From a virus, in the IMG/VR virus record IMGVR_UViG_3300046463_000520, positions 34,470 to 98,469 of that record: 64,000 nt of DNA, one strand, 5' to 3'. Made by a program: the position numbers and the translations under genes. The notes beneath the pieces were generated by a model. It saw only the letters and a program-made list of their open reading frames with translations. It did no database searches and was not told the origin of the DNA. Of this stretch, positions 52,263 to 61,836 are shown one piece after another. The number at the start of each line of letters is the position of its first letter. Within the stretch, counting starts at the first letter, position 1.

Positions 52263-53585
52263 TTAGGCTCCTTCGATGTGCTTGGTGAGCGCGTCAATTT
52301 GCGCAATCAGGCCGTCATTCGTCACGTAGGCGCGCGCTGCGGTGAGAAGCGCAAGCAGTTCGTCGGCGTGGTCTTCCATGCGCAGGCGGCGCGCGGACAG
52401 TTCGCGGGCACGCGCTTGGTCCGCCTCGCGCTGCTTTCGGTCCTCGGCTTCTGCCGCTTCGCGCGCCTCGCGAGCAATGCGGTCGATTTCCGCTTGCTTG
52501 GCGCGCGCTGCCGCCGTCTCTGCCGCTTGTGCGTCGGCGACGCGCTTGGCTTCCTCGGCTTGCAGGCGGTCTAGCTCTGCTTGCTTGGCTTCCGCCGCTT
52601 GCGCCTGCGCGAGCATCATTTCGACCATCGTGCGGGCCTGCGTGAGCGCGGCAGTCGCTTCGGCGGCGCGTTCGCCGAAGGTGGCGACATCCGTCTTATT
52701 CAGGCGGTTGAGCAACTGCTGAATGTCTTCGGCAGGCTTGTTGAAAACCGACATGGGCGCGGTCGTGATAGCCGTAATGCGCTGCGTGACTTCGGCATCG
52801 GCGGCGCGCTTGGCGTCTTCGGCGGCGCGTGCGGCGCGCTCGACGTCGAGCGCTTCGCGGGCCTGCGCGTTCGTCAGGTGCGTCTTGAGCGTATCGACGG
52901 CGGCGACCTGAAGCCCGCGCGCTTGGTCGGCGTATTCATCCCATGCGCGGAAGTTCAGATAGTCGAGTGCCGACACTTCAGCAATCGCCGCGTCGATGGT
53001 CGCAACCGATGCCGTGAGGAACGAGCCGGGCAGGGCTTCCAGTTCGGCAATCGCCTTCGTGTGAGCGGCAACCCGCGCGGACTCGGCGGCGGCGCGCTTG
53101 GCTTCGGCGGCTTCCTCGGCACGCTTGACCGCATCGAGCGCTTCGACAATCGGTTTTTTCAGCATGTCGAGCGCTTCGCCGACCTTTTCCTTCTGGACGC
53201 GGGCGTGCTTGGTCATCGCCATAATCCCGCTGTTCCAGCTTTTATAGGCGTCTTCCATGCCCCTCGCGATTTTGCTCATTTCGCTCACGGCATCCTTCGC
53301 GGCCTTGCGGCCGTCCGGCTTGCTCACGTCGAAGGTGACGCCTGCGAACTTCTTATGCAGCGCGGCGAGCGTCGCGCCCGTCACGTCATACTGAAGCGGC
53401 GAGATAGTCGCGATGGCCGTCTCGCCATCCTTCGCCTTCGCGTCGAGCACTTCCGTGATTTCGAGCACGTTCTTCACGACCGGCACGACGGCGGTGACAG
53501 GGGCTTTCGTTTCTACTGCATCGACGTCGGTCACGTCGAACGGGGTGTCGATGGCGGACAGTTCGGCTTCGGTGCGTGCGTTCAT
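52263..53585 (-). CDS. Coiled-coil protein (DUF1351/Gam-like position)
   Basis: Ala/Glu coiled coil upstream of erf/exo. Confidence 0.6.
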   Translation of the reverse strand: MNARTEAELSAIDTPFDVTDVDAVETKAPVTAVVPVVKNVLEITEVLDAKAKDGETAIATISPLQYDVTGATLAALHKKFAGVTFDVSKPDGRKAAKDAVSEMSKIARGMEDAYKSWNSGIMAMTKHARVQKEKVGEALDMLKKPIVEALDAVKRAEEAAEAKRAAAESARVAAHTKAIAELEALPGSFLTASVATIDAAIAEVSALDYLNFRAWDEYADQARGLQVAAVDTLKTHLTNAQAREALDVERAARAAEDAKRAADAEVTQRITAITTAPMSVFNKPAEDIQQLLNRLNKTDVATFGERAAEATAALTQARTMVEMMLAQAQAAEAKQAELDRLQAEEAKRVADAQAAETAAARAKQAEIDRIAREAREAAEAEDRKQREADQARARELSARRLRMEDHADELLALLTAARAYVTNDGLIAQIDALTKHIEGA

Positions 53586-53667
53586 GGTCTAAGGCTCCTG
53601 TTAGTCCTACTAATCAGGCCCGCGTGTGTGCGGGCGTCTTGTTGTGTTTGCGTGGTGGATTCAGGTC

Positions 53668-53832
53668 TTAGGCGGCGAGCGGCGCGGCTTTCGCCGTGAC
53701 CTTGCACATGCCGAAGGTGGCGAGCGCGGCATCGAGCGCGTCGAAGCTGGTTTGCGCCATCGCGGAATAGGTGACATGCGAGCCGTCAATCAGGGTGACG
53801 GCGATTACGAAATGTTTCAGATTTCCGGGCAT
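53668..53832 (-). CDS. 54-aa first gene of leftward operon (not in ORF track)
   Basis: MPGNLKHFVIAV...; RBS GAGGGAG. Confidence 0.6.
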   Translation of the reverse strand: MPGNLKHFVIAVTLIDGSHVTYSAMAQTSFDALDAALATFGMCKVTAKAAPLAA

Positions 53833-53909
53833 TCTGACTCCCTCTACCTAGTTTGTGGCCGGTCGCGAAACCGGGTTCCCGATCCATCCATCAGGAAACG
53901 GGTAGAGAG

Positions 53910-53961
53910 AGTATAGGGCGACTGATATCGGCGGTCAATCAAGATCGATCAGATTTCTGAT
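53910..53961 (-). promoter_or_regulatory. PL promoter with operators
   Basis: TTGACC-N17-TATACT on the minus strand; operators ATAGGGCGACTGAT (53913) and ATCAGATTTCTGAT (53948). Confidence 0.75.
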
Positions 53962-54395
53962 TGGTAGCGTACCCGGTCCGAATCATGAAAACTGGACAGG
54001 GTTTGTCCTAATTCATTAGAACTTTCCCGCATGTTGCGCCGTTGATACGGGAACACTTACCGGTGATTGTTTCAATGCTTGCGTGGCGTGGCAGTTTCGA
54101 ACGATGGTTCGAACGACGAAAGATGAACAGTGCTGTTAAGGGCGCATTTATATGAACTTTCGGGAAAGCCTTGCGCTGTAAGGTCGCCGCCGATTTGCAC
54201 GTTTGCTAGTTACACTTAGAAACATGTGCTTACAGTATTTCTTAGTGGTTGAATGCTGAGTGAGTGGACGAGATACGTCCTTGTAACGTAGACGGGTAAA
54301 GGGTCCGGCTTGTTACAAAGTCAAAAAAAAAGCCCGCGCGGGCGGGCCAATGTATGAGATATTACGAAACACTTTGGAAGCAGCGCTGTAAGGTC

Positions 54396-55106
54396 TTACC
54401 GGCGAAGTAGGAAGAAGCGTCCGATCACTTTGACGTCTTCTGGTGCAAGGTCTTCGTCGGGGTAGCGCTGCTTATCGGGATTGTCGGAAGTCAGGACGAT
54501 ACGGCCATTGGAGCGCAGCAAGACCCGCTTGATAAGCAAGCCGGTCGGCGTCTCAAAGGCATAGATATTGTTTGTGAGTAGTCGCGTGTTGCTGGTGTCA
54601 AAGAGAACTAGGTCGCCATGTACCAAAAAGTTAGCCATGCCGTTTCCATCGGCGATAGCCGCTTTAATAGCCGTGTGGTCTGTGACGCCCTTTTCCTGCA
54701 AGTCGCTCGACAGGACGAACGCTCGCTTCGTCGCTGCAATCTCGTCAACGTCCCGCTGGTCCGTGCTGCCGCCGCCGCACGACCCGCGCGAGTCCAATAT
54801 CTCCACCTCAAAAGGCATTGGCAGGTTCTCTATCGCATACAGAGAACGCTCAAGTGTCGCGGCCTCTCGCGTACCCGTCATCGCCTCAGTAGGTTCGCCT
54901 TCCCCTGTCTGAAGCCATAGAGCACTGACGCCAAGGGCTTGGGCTATCAGAGCTAGGCTCCGACTGTTGGAAGCGATGTTTTGTTCAAGACTGGATATGG
55001 TCGGTTGCGCTAAACCCGCCCGTATCGCCAGTTCTCGCTGGCTTATGCCTATTGCTGTGCGTCGTGCCTTGATACGGTCGCCAACAGTGGTGGTGGTGGT
55101 GTCCAT
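54396..55106 (-). CDS. cI: CI-like repressor (XRE HTH plus S24 domain)
   Basis: SQRELA..AGL.QPTISSLE; CG site; LLIKR; the expected catalytic Ser region reads GNGM. Confidence 0.85.
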   Translation of the reverse strand: MDTTTTTVGDRIKARRTAIGISQRELAIRAGLAQPTISSLEQNIASNSRSLALIAQALGVSALWLQTGEGEPTEAMTGTREAATLERSLYAIENLPMPFEVEILDSRGSCGGGSTDQRDVDEIAATKRAFVLSSDLQEKGVTDHTAIKAAIADGNGMANFLVHGDLVLFDTSNTRLLTNNIYAFETPTGLLIKRVLLRSNGRIVLTSDNPDKQRYPDEDLAPEDVKVIGRFFLLRR

Positions 55107-55156
55107 AGGTTCCGTGAGTGAGTCTTTCTTCTTATAAGTGTGGTCTGAAACAGCGT

Positions 55157-55324
55157 ATCGAAATACCTATATTTCTTGTTATCGGCCCGAATCTACCACA
55201 GCTTTGGTGATTTCTTAACAGATTCCCAATCCTTGTGTGAAATTGGGTACGAATCATCATTTGATAGGAATTCCGATGTTTCGCGCAGGTAACGTTTGCC
55301 TTTCGTAATCAGAATTGCTATATT
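55157..55324 (+). promoter_or_regulatory. OR region / PR promoter
   Basis: TTGCCT-N17-TATATT (55296-55324); operators at 55157, 55264, 55308. Confidence 0.7.
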
Positions 55325-55372
55325 TCGTCCACGCAGTAGATATGAACTTATTTACAAGTGAACGGGTAAAAA

Positions 55373-55606
55373 ATGCAGGTTACAAACGACCGCCCGCTGC
55401 ACGAACGGCTGGCAGACCTTCAGGCCATCGGCCTGACGCAGAAGGAAATCGCTGAGTACCTTGGGGTGCGGCAACCGACAGTAAGCAACCTGCTGAAGCC
55501 GCTTGCTCCGGGGATGAAATCCCGCCGTTATTCGGCGGGCGTAATGGCAGGCGCGGCGCGCGCCGAAGCGGTGCATTCGGTGCTGCTCGCGCGGCTGGCA
55601 GCATAA
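55373..55606 (+). CDS. cro: Cro-like HTH protein
   Basis: GLTQKEIAEYLGVRQPTVSNL; divergent from cI. Confidence 0.8.
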   Translation: MQVTNDRPLHERLADLQAIGLTQKEIAEYLGVRQPTVSNLLKPLAPGMKSRRYSAGVMAGAARAEAVHSVLLARLAA

Positions 55607-55621
55607 GGTTAGGGACAGGCG

Positions 55622-56167
55622 ATGAAAGGTGTAACGCAGAAGGTCAAGCCGAAGAAGGCGAAGAAGCAATATGTGCGCAAGCCGAAGAACGGCATGGCCG
55701 CGCTCGATACCCTTGGTCGCCTGTCGTTCAATGCGGGCCTTGTCGAAGCGATGACGGCGGCGCTGCCCGACGAACACCGCGACAAGGTTGAGATTGGTTA
55801 CGGGATCAATCTCGACCGGCTCGTGAAGGGCAAGGCGAGCATGGATGACATTGAGGAACTCGGGTTCCTCGCGAACGTGACGGTCATCCTGTGCGAGACG
55901 CGCTTCGGCGGTTTCGGAAGCGAGCACGAGCAACTTGCGATTGCCGGGCAACTGGCGGTCGTCAATGCGTTCCGGCGTGGACTGAAGGGCGGAAACTTCG
56001 GCCTGTCCGGTCCGGAAATTCAGGCGGTGCGCGGCGTGTACGAACTGCACGTCGAACAAATGAGGGTATGCAGTCAAGCGCACCTGATTGCGGCAACAAC
56101 TGAAGTCGAGCGTCGCCAGAACATCGGCGAAGTCATCCGGCTTGTGCCGGTGAAGCAAGCGGCGTAG
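55622..56167 (+). CDS. Hypothetical phage protein
   Basis: Open frame after cro. Confidence 0.65.
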   Translation: MKGVTQKVKPKKAKKQYVRKPKNGMAALDTLGRLSFNAGLVEAMTAALPDEHRDKVEIGYGINLDRLVKGKASMDDIEELGFLANVTVILCETRFGGFGSEHEQLAIAGQLAVVNAFRRGLKGGNFGLSGPEIQAVRGVYELHVEQMRVCSQAHLIAATTEVERRQNIGEVIRLVPVKQAA

Positions 56168-56268
56168 TGCATCGCGCCGCCCTGTAATTGAATGAAGCGC
56201 GCCGGGACTGGCGGCGCGCTGCGGTTGAAAAAAACTGAATAACACAAGACCTGTTTGCAGGGGATTCA

Positions 56269-56574
56269 ATGCCTAACGATGCTCAAATGGAACAAAGTTC
56301 CGAAAAACAAGTAGCCGGTCACGCACAAGTGGTGGACGTTACGGGGTGTCTGCCGCTCGATTACTGCGCGCGTGCGTGTGGTGTCGCAAATGCCGTGCCG
56401 TTCCTCACGTCAGAAGGCGTGCTCGCCGATGACGGTTTGCCCTTCAAAAACTTTCTCGATTGGGAATACTTCGCGCTCGTGCAAGGCGCGGACGGTCACA
56501 CGGAAACCCTTCTCACGCCGCTCGGACAGGTCTGGTTCGGCAAGCGGTTCCACAAGGCGCGCGTCGCGCACTAA
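56269..56574 (+). CDS. Antirepressor KilAC-like domain protein
   Basis: FL...G.L....P........YF..TLLTPLGQVW. Confidence 0.55.
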   Translation: MPNDAQMEQSSEKQVAGHAQVVDVTGCLPLDYCARACGVANAVPFLTSEGVLADDGLPFKNFLDWEYFALVQGADGHTETLLTPLGQVWFGKRFHKARVAH

Positions 56575-56647
56575 GCAGGCAGGGCGGCGAAAGCCGCCTG
56601 CATCGGCGAAAGCCGCTTAGTTCTACTAACTCCACTAGGAAAACGCG

Positions 56648-57226
56648 GTGAGCAAAATTACTGATTCTGCTCGCGGGGAAGCGTGCGCCTTGCGTTTGCC
56701 GGGCGTGTGCAACCGTGACCCGGAAACGACCGTATGGGCGCATCACAACAAGCTCGCGGGCGGCAAGGCGAAGGGTAAGAAGCTCGCGCGCTTCGACCAT
56801 ATCGGCGCATACGCCTGCTATGCGTGTCACATGGTCTTGGACGGGCAGGCAAAGCGCCCGGCTCACCTGTCCCTCGGCACGGTCGAACTGACGATGGCGC
56901 GCGCTGTACGCGAGTCGGAAGGGCGTCTGAAGGCGAAGGGACTTTGGCCGACGGATGAATTCCTAGCCGCCAAGCCGGTGCGCGTGCAGCGCATCGTGAA
57001 GAAGGTGGTCGCGCTCGAAGACCGCGCCACAAAGAAAAACCGCGAGCCTGTTCGCGCAGGACTCGCGGCATTGCCGTCTTCGAAGAAGAACGGTTTCCAC
57101 AACGTAGGTAGAGCGCGAATTGTAGCAGGAACCGGTAAGGAAAACGCAACGCCGTCGCGCTTCCCGAAGGGGCGAAAGTTGCAGTCCGCCAACAAGCTGC
57201 AATCGCGGCCTTTCGGAGTCAAGTAG
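56648..57226 (+). CDS. DUF1364/YbcO-like nuclease-fold protein
   Basis: SARGE.C.LR.PGVC...ETTV.AH..GAYAC..CH. Confidence 0.8.
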   Translation: MSKITDSARGEACALRLPGVCNRDPETTVWAHHNKLAGGKAKGKKLARFDHIGAYACYACHMVLDGQAKRPAHLSLGTVELTMARAVRESEGRLKAKGLWPTDEFLAAKPVRVQRIVKKVVALEDRATKKNREPVRAGLAALPSSKKNGFHNVGRARIVAGTGKENATPSRFPKGRKLQSANKLQSRPFGVK

Positions 57227-58074
57227 TGGAACACAAGTTTGATATCGAGCACGCCCGGCTGTATGGCATCGAAGAAGCCATCCTGCTGTCGAATCTCGCT
57301 TTTTGGGTCGTGCGCAACCGTGCCAACGGTGAGAACTTCCGGGAAGGCAAAACGTGGTCGTACAACTCCGTGCGGGCCTTCTCTGAACTGTTTCCGTACA
57401 TGTCGAAAGACCGCATCCGGCGCACGCTGGAAAGCCTGCTGAAGCAAGGCGTGCTCGTGTCGGGAACATACAACGAAGACCCGAAGAACCGCACGCTTTG
57501 GTACGCGTTCGCCGACGAAGACCAATTTTTGCCGGTGCTTTCCCATTTGGCAGAAACGCCAAATGCAGTTGGCAGAAAAGGGGATACCCATTTGGCAAAA
57601 ACGCCAAATGCAAGTGGCGAAACCGACAAATCCCTAATAACTACAGATGGTAAACGGACAGATGAAAAACCAGATGGTAAGGCGGCGCGTGGAACGCGCC
57701 TCTCCGAAGACTGGACCCTGACGCGCGGATGGGCGAAAGAAGCCTTCGAAGCCTGCCCGCATATGACCGACGACCAAGTGCGCCGCGAAGCGCTTCAGTT
57801 CAAAGACTACTGGACGGCCAAAAGCGGTAAGGACGCAGCGAAGCTCGACTGGCTCGCGACGTGGCGTATGTGGATTCGCAAGGCAGGCGAAGGCATCGCG
57901 ACCAACGGCAAGCCGCGCGGCGGCGTCGTCAACCGCGCCGAAGCGATGCACGAGAACAACAAGCGCGCCGCCGCTGACGGCGTGCGGATGCTCGAAGAAC
58001 GCGAAGCCCGGCGCAATGGCGGCGCGACCAACAACCCCGCCGCCGACGACGGCAACACCATCGACATGGAGTAA
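57226..58074 (+). CDS. Lytic replication initiator (wHTH plus DnaT-like C-terminus)
   Basis: W.YNS...F.ELFPY..NRTLWY; RGTRL..DW..F.DYW..DW.ATWR.W; internal repeats. Confidence 0.8.
   Translation: MEHKFDIEHARLYGIEEAILLSNLAFWVVRNRANGENFREGKTWSYNSVRAFSELFPYMSKDRIRRTLESLLKQGVLVSGTYNEDPKNRTLWYAFADEDQFLPVLSHLAETPNAVGRKGDTHLAKTPNASGETDKSLITTDGKRTDEKPDGKAARGTRLSEDWTLTRGWAKEAFEACPHMTDDQVRREALQFKDYWTAKSGKDAAKLDWLATWRMWIRKAGEGIATNGKPRGGVVNRAEAMHENNKRAAADGVRMLEEREARRNGGATNNPAADDGNTIDME
57542..57680. repeat. Lytic origin repeats inside the initiator gene
   Basis: CCCATTTGGCARAAACGCCAAATGCA at 57542 and 57587 (each self-palindromic); CAGATG x3 downstream. Confidence 0.75.
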
Positions 58075-58079
58075 CGGCT

Positions 58080-58748
58080 ATGACGCCTGCTGACGGACGC
58101 CAGTTGAGCGAAATGCTCACGCGCATCTACCTGACGTACTCGCGCGAGTTTCCCGGCGAATTGCTGCTCGTGTGGTTCGACGCGCTGCGTGAATACGAAC
58201 TCGAAGACATTTCGACGGCGCTTAACCGGCACGTCGCGGACCCGGATGCCGGGCGCTTTGTGCCGAAGCCCGCCGACGTCATCGGGCACCTGAGTGGCGG
58301 CAATAGCGTGCGCGCGATGGCGGCGTGGTCGCTGGTTGACCGCGCGGTGCGCACCATCGGCCAATGGACGTCGATCTGCTTCGATGATCCGATCATTCAT
58401 CGCGTCATTGACGACATGGGCGGATGGTCGAAGCTCGCGAGCACTGAGACGGTCGAAGACCTGAAGTTTCGCGGCATCGAATTCGCCAAGCGCTATCAGG
58501 GCTTTCTCATTACGGGCGGGGTCGGCACCGACTACGCGCCGTATCTCATCGGCATGGCGCAGGCGCACAACGCGCACGAAGGCCACGCCGACAGGATTCA
58601 CCTTCGCTTTGTCGGCGATGCGGACAAGTGCCGCGCCGTCATGGATGCCGCGCAAGGCTCCGGCACGCTGCGCGTGACCGATGCGACGGTTCCCGCTATC
58701 CGCGCGCTCGCCGCGCCCGCCCTGAAACTCGTAGGAGGCTCAAAATGA
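58080..58748 (+). CDS. Replication accessory / helicase-loader-like protein (DUF6475-like)
   Basis: F.PKPADVI; FDDPIIH.VI..MGGW. Confidence 0.7.
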   Translation: MTPADGRQLSEMLTRIYLTYSREFPGELLLVWFDALREYELEDISTALNRHVADPDAGRFVPKPADVIGHLSGGNSVRAMAAWSLVDRAVRTIGQWTSICFDDPIIHRVIDDMGGWSKLASTETVEDLKFRGIEFAKRYQGFLITGGVGTDYAPYLIGMAQAHNAHEGHADRIHLRFVGDADKCRAVMDAAQGSGTLRVTDATVPAIRALAAPALKLVGGSK

Positions 58749-59179
58749 CCCATTCCCGTATCGTCATCGCGCTCGGACTCGACGCGTGTTCCATCATCGC
58801 CGCGCACTTTGCGATTCGCGAGAACGAGCAAAGCGCCAACCCGCTGCCGGTCGTGGTGCTCGCGCCGCGCTGCATCGGCGTGGCAGCAATCGAACAGGCC
58901 ACGCGTTACCTCGGCATTCCGATCACGAGCGTGTCGATTCGTGAATTCCTGAAGTTCAACGCGCCGGGCGACGTCCACGTATGGGGTGTGCCCGCCGACG
59001 ATCAGGACGGCCACGCCGACATGCAGGGCATTTTCACGACCCGCGCGTTCGCCTCTGTGCTCGCGGACCGGGCGCTGCGTCGCGCCGACTGCGAAGAACT
59101 CGCGCGGCGCGCGGGCCTGTCGTGGTTCATGCACTTCGAGCGCGTGGGCGCAGAGCGCATCGAGCGGGCGGCGGCATGA
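58745..59179 (+). CDS. Degenerate PAPS-reductase-like fold protein
   Basis: RIVIALG..CS..AA resembles a decayed PP-loop. Confidence 0.35.
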   Translation: MTHSRIVIALGLDACSIIAAHFAIRENEQSANPLPVVVLAPRCIGVAAIEQATRYLGIPITSVSIREFLKFNAPGDVHVWGVPADDQDGHADMQGIFTTRAFASVLADRALRRADCEELARRAGLSWFMHFERVGAERIERAAA

Positions 59180-59508
59180 CGAACCCTGTCTATCAGGCAT
59201 ACCGCGCGCGCGCCGCCTACAAGCTCGCTGCGCCGCCCGTCGCCAAGCCGATCCCGCCGCAATGGAAATACCGCGAAGGTGACATGCTCACGCTAGACGC
59301 GCGCGGCGTGCAGGACGAACAGTACGCCGACCACGCCGGGCTGACGTGCCAAGTGCTCGCGCAATACGACGGGTATAAGGACGCCGACGGCACGGACCAC
59401 TACACGGCAGGCGGTTGCTACTTCGTCGGGTTCGCCTGCGGCTGTCGCATGAACGTGTTCGAGCACTGGTTGAAGCGCGACGACGGCACGCGCACGGAAG
59501 TGCAATGA
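59176..59508 (+). CDS. Hypothetical protein
   Basis: ATGA coupling. Confidence 0.55.
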   Translation: MTNPVYQAYRARAAYKLAAPPVAKPIPPQWKYREGDMLTLDARGVQDEQYADHAGLTCQVLAQYDGYKDADGTDHYTAGGCYFVGFACGCRMNVFEHWLKRDDGTRTEVQ

Positions 59509-59735
59509 AGCGCTGCGAATGGTGCGAGTCGTTCGATGGCCGCTACAACACGCGCGACCGCAAGTGCTGTCAGGTCCGCATGATGGCGCTCGCACCGCCC
59601 AAGCGCAGGCGGCAAATGCTCGACGCCATCGCGAGCAAAAGCGGGCAGCGCGTCGCCGAATACGCCGAACACTTGGCGCTCGTTGAACTCGACCGCTGGA
59701 AGGCATACCGCGCCGCTGCCGCGCAACCTGTGTAA
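59505..59735 (+). CDS. Small Cys protein
   Basis: MKRCEWC...CC; ATGA coupling. Confidence 0.55.
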   Translation: MKRCEWCESFDGRYNTRDRKCCQVRMMALAPPKRRRQMLDAIASKSGQRVAEYAEHLALVELDRWKAYRAAAAQPV

Positions 59736-59851
59736 ACGCCCTAAGTTACCGGCCTGCCGCGAAAAATTCTCCTAAATATAGGCCGAATATCAGTTCATGA
59801 TAGGGAAACTGATATAGAATTACCGTCATAGGAAAACGGATAGGCCGGGCG

Positions 59852-60331
59852 ATGCGCACATATGCACACAAGCCCCGCGCGAAGGCGCGGCGGCGCTACA
59901 TGACGGAAGCGGAATATGAGGCGCATTTGAGCCGCGTCCATCAGCACGCGGACGCCCATGCGCCGAAGACGGCGGGCGGCGCGGTGAAGCGCTCGAAGCA
60001 TGGGAACGTGAAGATCGAGCACGGCGGCATCGTGTTCGATTCGAAGCGCGAACTGAAATGCTGGCTCGTGCTCAAGACGCTGGAAGCGGCGGGCGCAATC
60101 ACAAACCTGCGCCGTCAGGTCCGCTTCGAACTGTTGCCCGCTGAAAAGCTCCACGGCGAGAAGCGCACGAAGCCGGGATGGGATTACGTCGCCGACTTCG
60201 TGTTCATCGACTCGGAAGGGCGGACGGTTGTGCAGGATTGCAAGTCGAAGCACACGCGCACGCTGCCGGAATACCGCTCGAAGAAGCACGCGATGAAATC
60301 GCTGCTGAAAATCGACGTTGAGGAAGTGTGA
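59852..60331 (+). CDS. DUF1064 family endonuclease
   Basis: FDSKRE..L..QV.F.L..YVADF..V.D.K. Confidence 0.85.
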   Translation: MRTYAHKPRAKARRRYMTEAEYEAHLSRVHQHADAHAPKTAGGAVKRSKHGNVKIEHGGIVFDSKRELKCWLVLKTLEAAGAITNLRRQVRFELLPAEKLHGEKRTKPGWDYVADFVFIDSEGRTVVQDCKSKHTRTLPEYRSKKHAMKSLLKIDVEEV

Positions 60332-60587
60332 CGTGCGCGAGACGCGGAAGTATTGCTGGCATTGCAAGCAGGTCAAGCCGCTCGAAGCGTTCGCGAAAGC
60401 CAAGCGCACGCCCGACGGCTTGCAGCAAAAGTGCCGCGAGTGCGCAAAGGAATACATGACGGCGTACCGGGCGAGCAACGCCGAACGCATCAAGGCATTG
60501 AACGCGAAGCACAACGCCAAGCGCGGGCAATCGAAGGAACTCACGCTGTTTCAGGCGATGCACAACATGGTGCGGGCGGGGCAGTAA
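60318..60587 (+). CDS. Zn-finger protein
   Basis: CWHC..DGL...CREC. Confidence 0.6.
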   Translation: MRKCDVRETRKYCWHCKQVKPLEAFAKAKRTPDGLQQKCRECAKEYMTAYRASNAERIKALNAKHNAKRGQSKELTLFQAMHNMVRAGQ

Positions 60588-61039
60588 TGGAAATCATGCT
60601 CACGAAGCTGCCGGGCGGCGCGCTGGCGGCGATGGACGAAGGTCAGGCGGACCTGCTCAAGCATTGGCCTGCCGATACGGTCGTGAAGTGCAAGCTGTCG
60701 CGGGTGCGCAACCCGAAGTTTCACCGCAAGTTTTTCGCCCTGATTACGGTCGGCTTCGAAGCCTTCGAGCCGGAACAGGAATACAAGGGCTACGTCATCG
60801 AGAAGAACTTCGATGCGTTTCGCGACGACGTAATCATCATGGCCGGGCATTACCACGCGACCATGCGGCCCGACGGCGTTATGCGCCTGCGCCCGAAGTC
60901 GATTTCGTTCGCAAAGATGGATCAGGACGCATTCGAAGACCTGTACTCAAGGGTCGCGAATGTGCTGTTGCAACGGGTTCTCACGCGCTACACGCGAGAA
61001 GACTTGGACACGGTAGTCAACCGCATCGCGGGGTTCTAA
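60587..61039 (+). CDS. DUF1367 family protein
   Basis: RNPKFHRKFFAL..F.AFR..AGHY..SISFAKMD. Confidence 0.85.
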   Translation: MEIMLTKLPGGALAAMDEGQADLLKHWPADTVVKCKLSRVRNPKFHRKFFALITVGFEAFEPEQEYKGYVIEKNFDAFRDDVIIMAGHYHATMRPDGVMRLRPKSISFAKMDQDAFEDLYSRVANVLLQRVLTRYTREDLDTVVNRIAGF

Positions 61040-61044
61040 GAACA

Positions 61045-61836
61045 ATGGTCAAGACGGCACGCAAGGTCCGCAAACTGTCCGCACAGTACCGCACGACGGG
61101 GCGTTCGAAGGTCGCAATCACGCCCGCCGAACTGCGCGAAAGCATGACCGAAACGCAGGTCGAATCGACGGTCAAGCAAGCGCTCACGCGCTTCAAGCGC
61201 AATCACAGCGCGCCCGCCGAACTCGAAGCGCTGCGTTACAAGCTCGTTCAAGCGCGCGTCATGCAGGGCATGATGGCCGTGGAAGCGGCGGAAAAGTTCG
61301 GCTACGCGAACTCGTCGCAGATTTCGCAGATTGAATCCGGCGAGCGCAAGACGCCGAACGACTGGAAGTTCCTGCGCCGCGCCGCCGAAGTGTATTCCGT
61401 GTCCGTGGACTGGCTTCTCGGCCTGTCGCCGAACATGGAACACGACGCGCGCGCCGCGCATCACTTCGCGCTGCTGCGCGGGACCGAAGACGTGATTCAG
61501 CGCATGTCGCTCGCGATCACGACCGCGATGGTGCATACCGCGCAGGAAACGCAACCGCTCATGGACGAAGTGCAGCGCGTGCTGTCCGCCGTGGACGAAC
61601 TGAACGTGCGCTTTGATAAATTCGCCGCCCGCCCTGAGTTTGACGACTATCCGGGCGCGGCTCCCGTCGATGCCGCCGTGAAAGCGCTGTACGAAGCGAC
61701 GCAACCGATGCGCTTCAAGCTGAAGAAGTATCGCGGCATCGAAAGCTACATGTCTGAAGTCACGCGCGGCACCTTGCCGCCGATTGAATACCTCACCGAA
61801 CGCTACGCCCAAGGCGAACTAGGACTCGACGCATGA
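61045..61836 (+). CDS. XRE-HTH transcriptional regulator (candidate late activator)
   Basis: AAEKFGYANSSQISQIESG..VSVDWLLG. Confidence 0.75.
   Translation: MVKTARKVRKLSAQYRTTGRSKVAITPAELRESMTETQVESTVKQALTRFKRNHSAPAELEALRYKLVQARVMQGMMAVEAAEKFGYANSSQISQIESGERKTPNDWKFLRRAAEVYSVSVDWLLGLSPNMEHDARAAHHFALLRGTEDVIQRMSLAITTAMVHTAQETQPLMDEVQRVLSAVDELNVRFDKFAARPEFDDYPGAAPVDAAVKALYEATQPMRFKLKKYRGIESYMSEVTRGTLPPIEYLTERYAQGELGLDA

Noticed and set aside
53962-54395. AT-rich gap as a tRNA, ncRNA or moron gene
   Set aside because: No cloverleaf or convincing ORF seen; only the cI terminator-like hairpin near 54323-54348
56636-56645. TAGGAAAACG copy (also partial copies at 44697 and 62881) as late promoters
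   Set aside because: No GANAMT at +27; the copies at 56636 and 62881 are explained as RBSs
58745-59179. Functional DNA-modification (PAPS reductase/DndC-like) enzyme
   Set aside because: Too short, PP-loop degenerate, no partner genes
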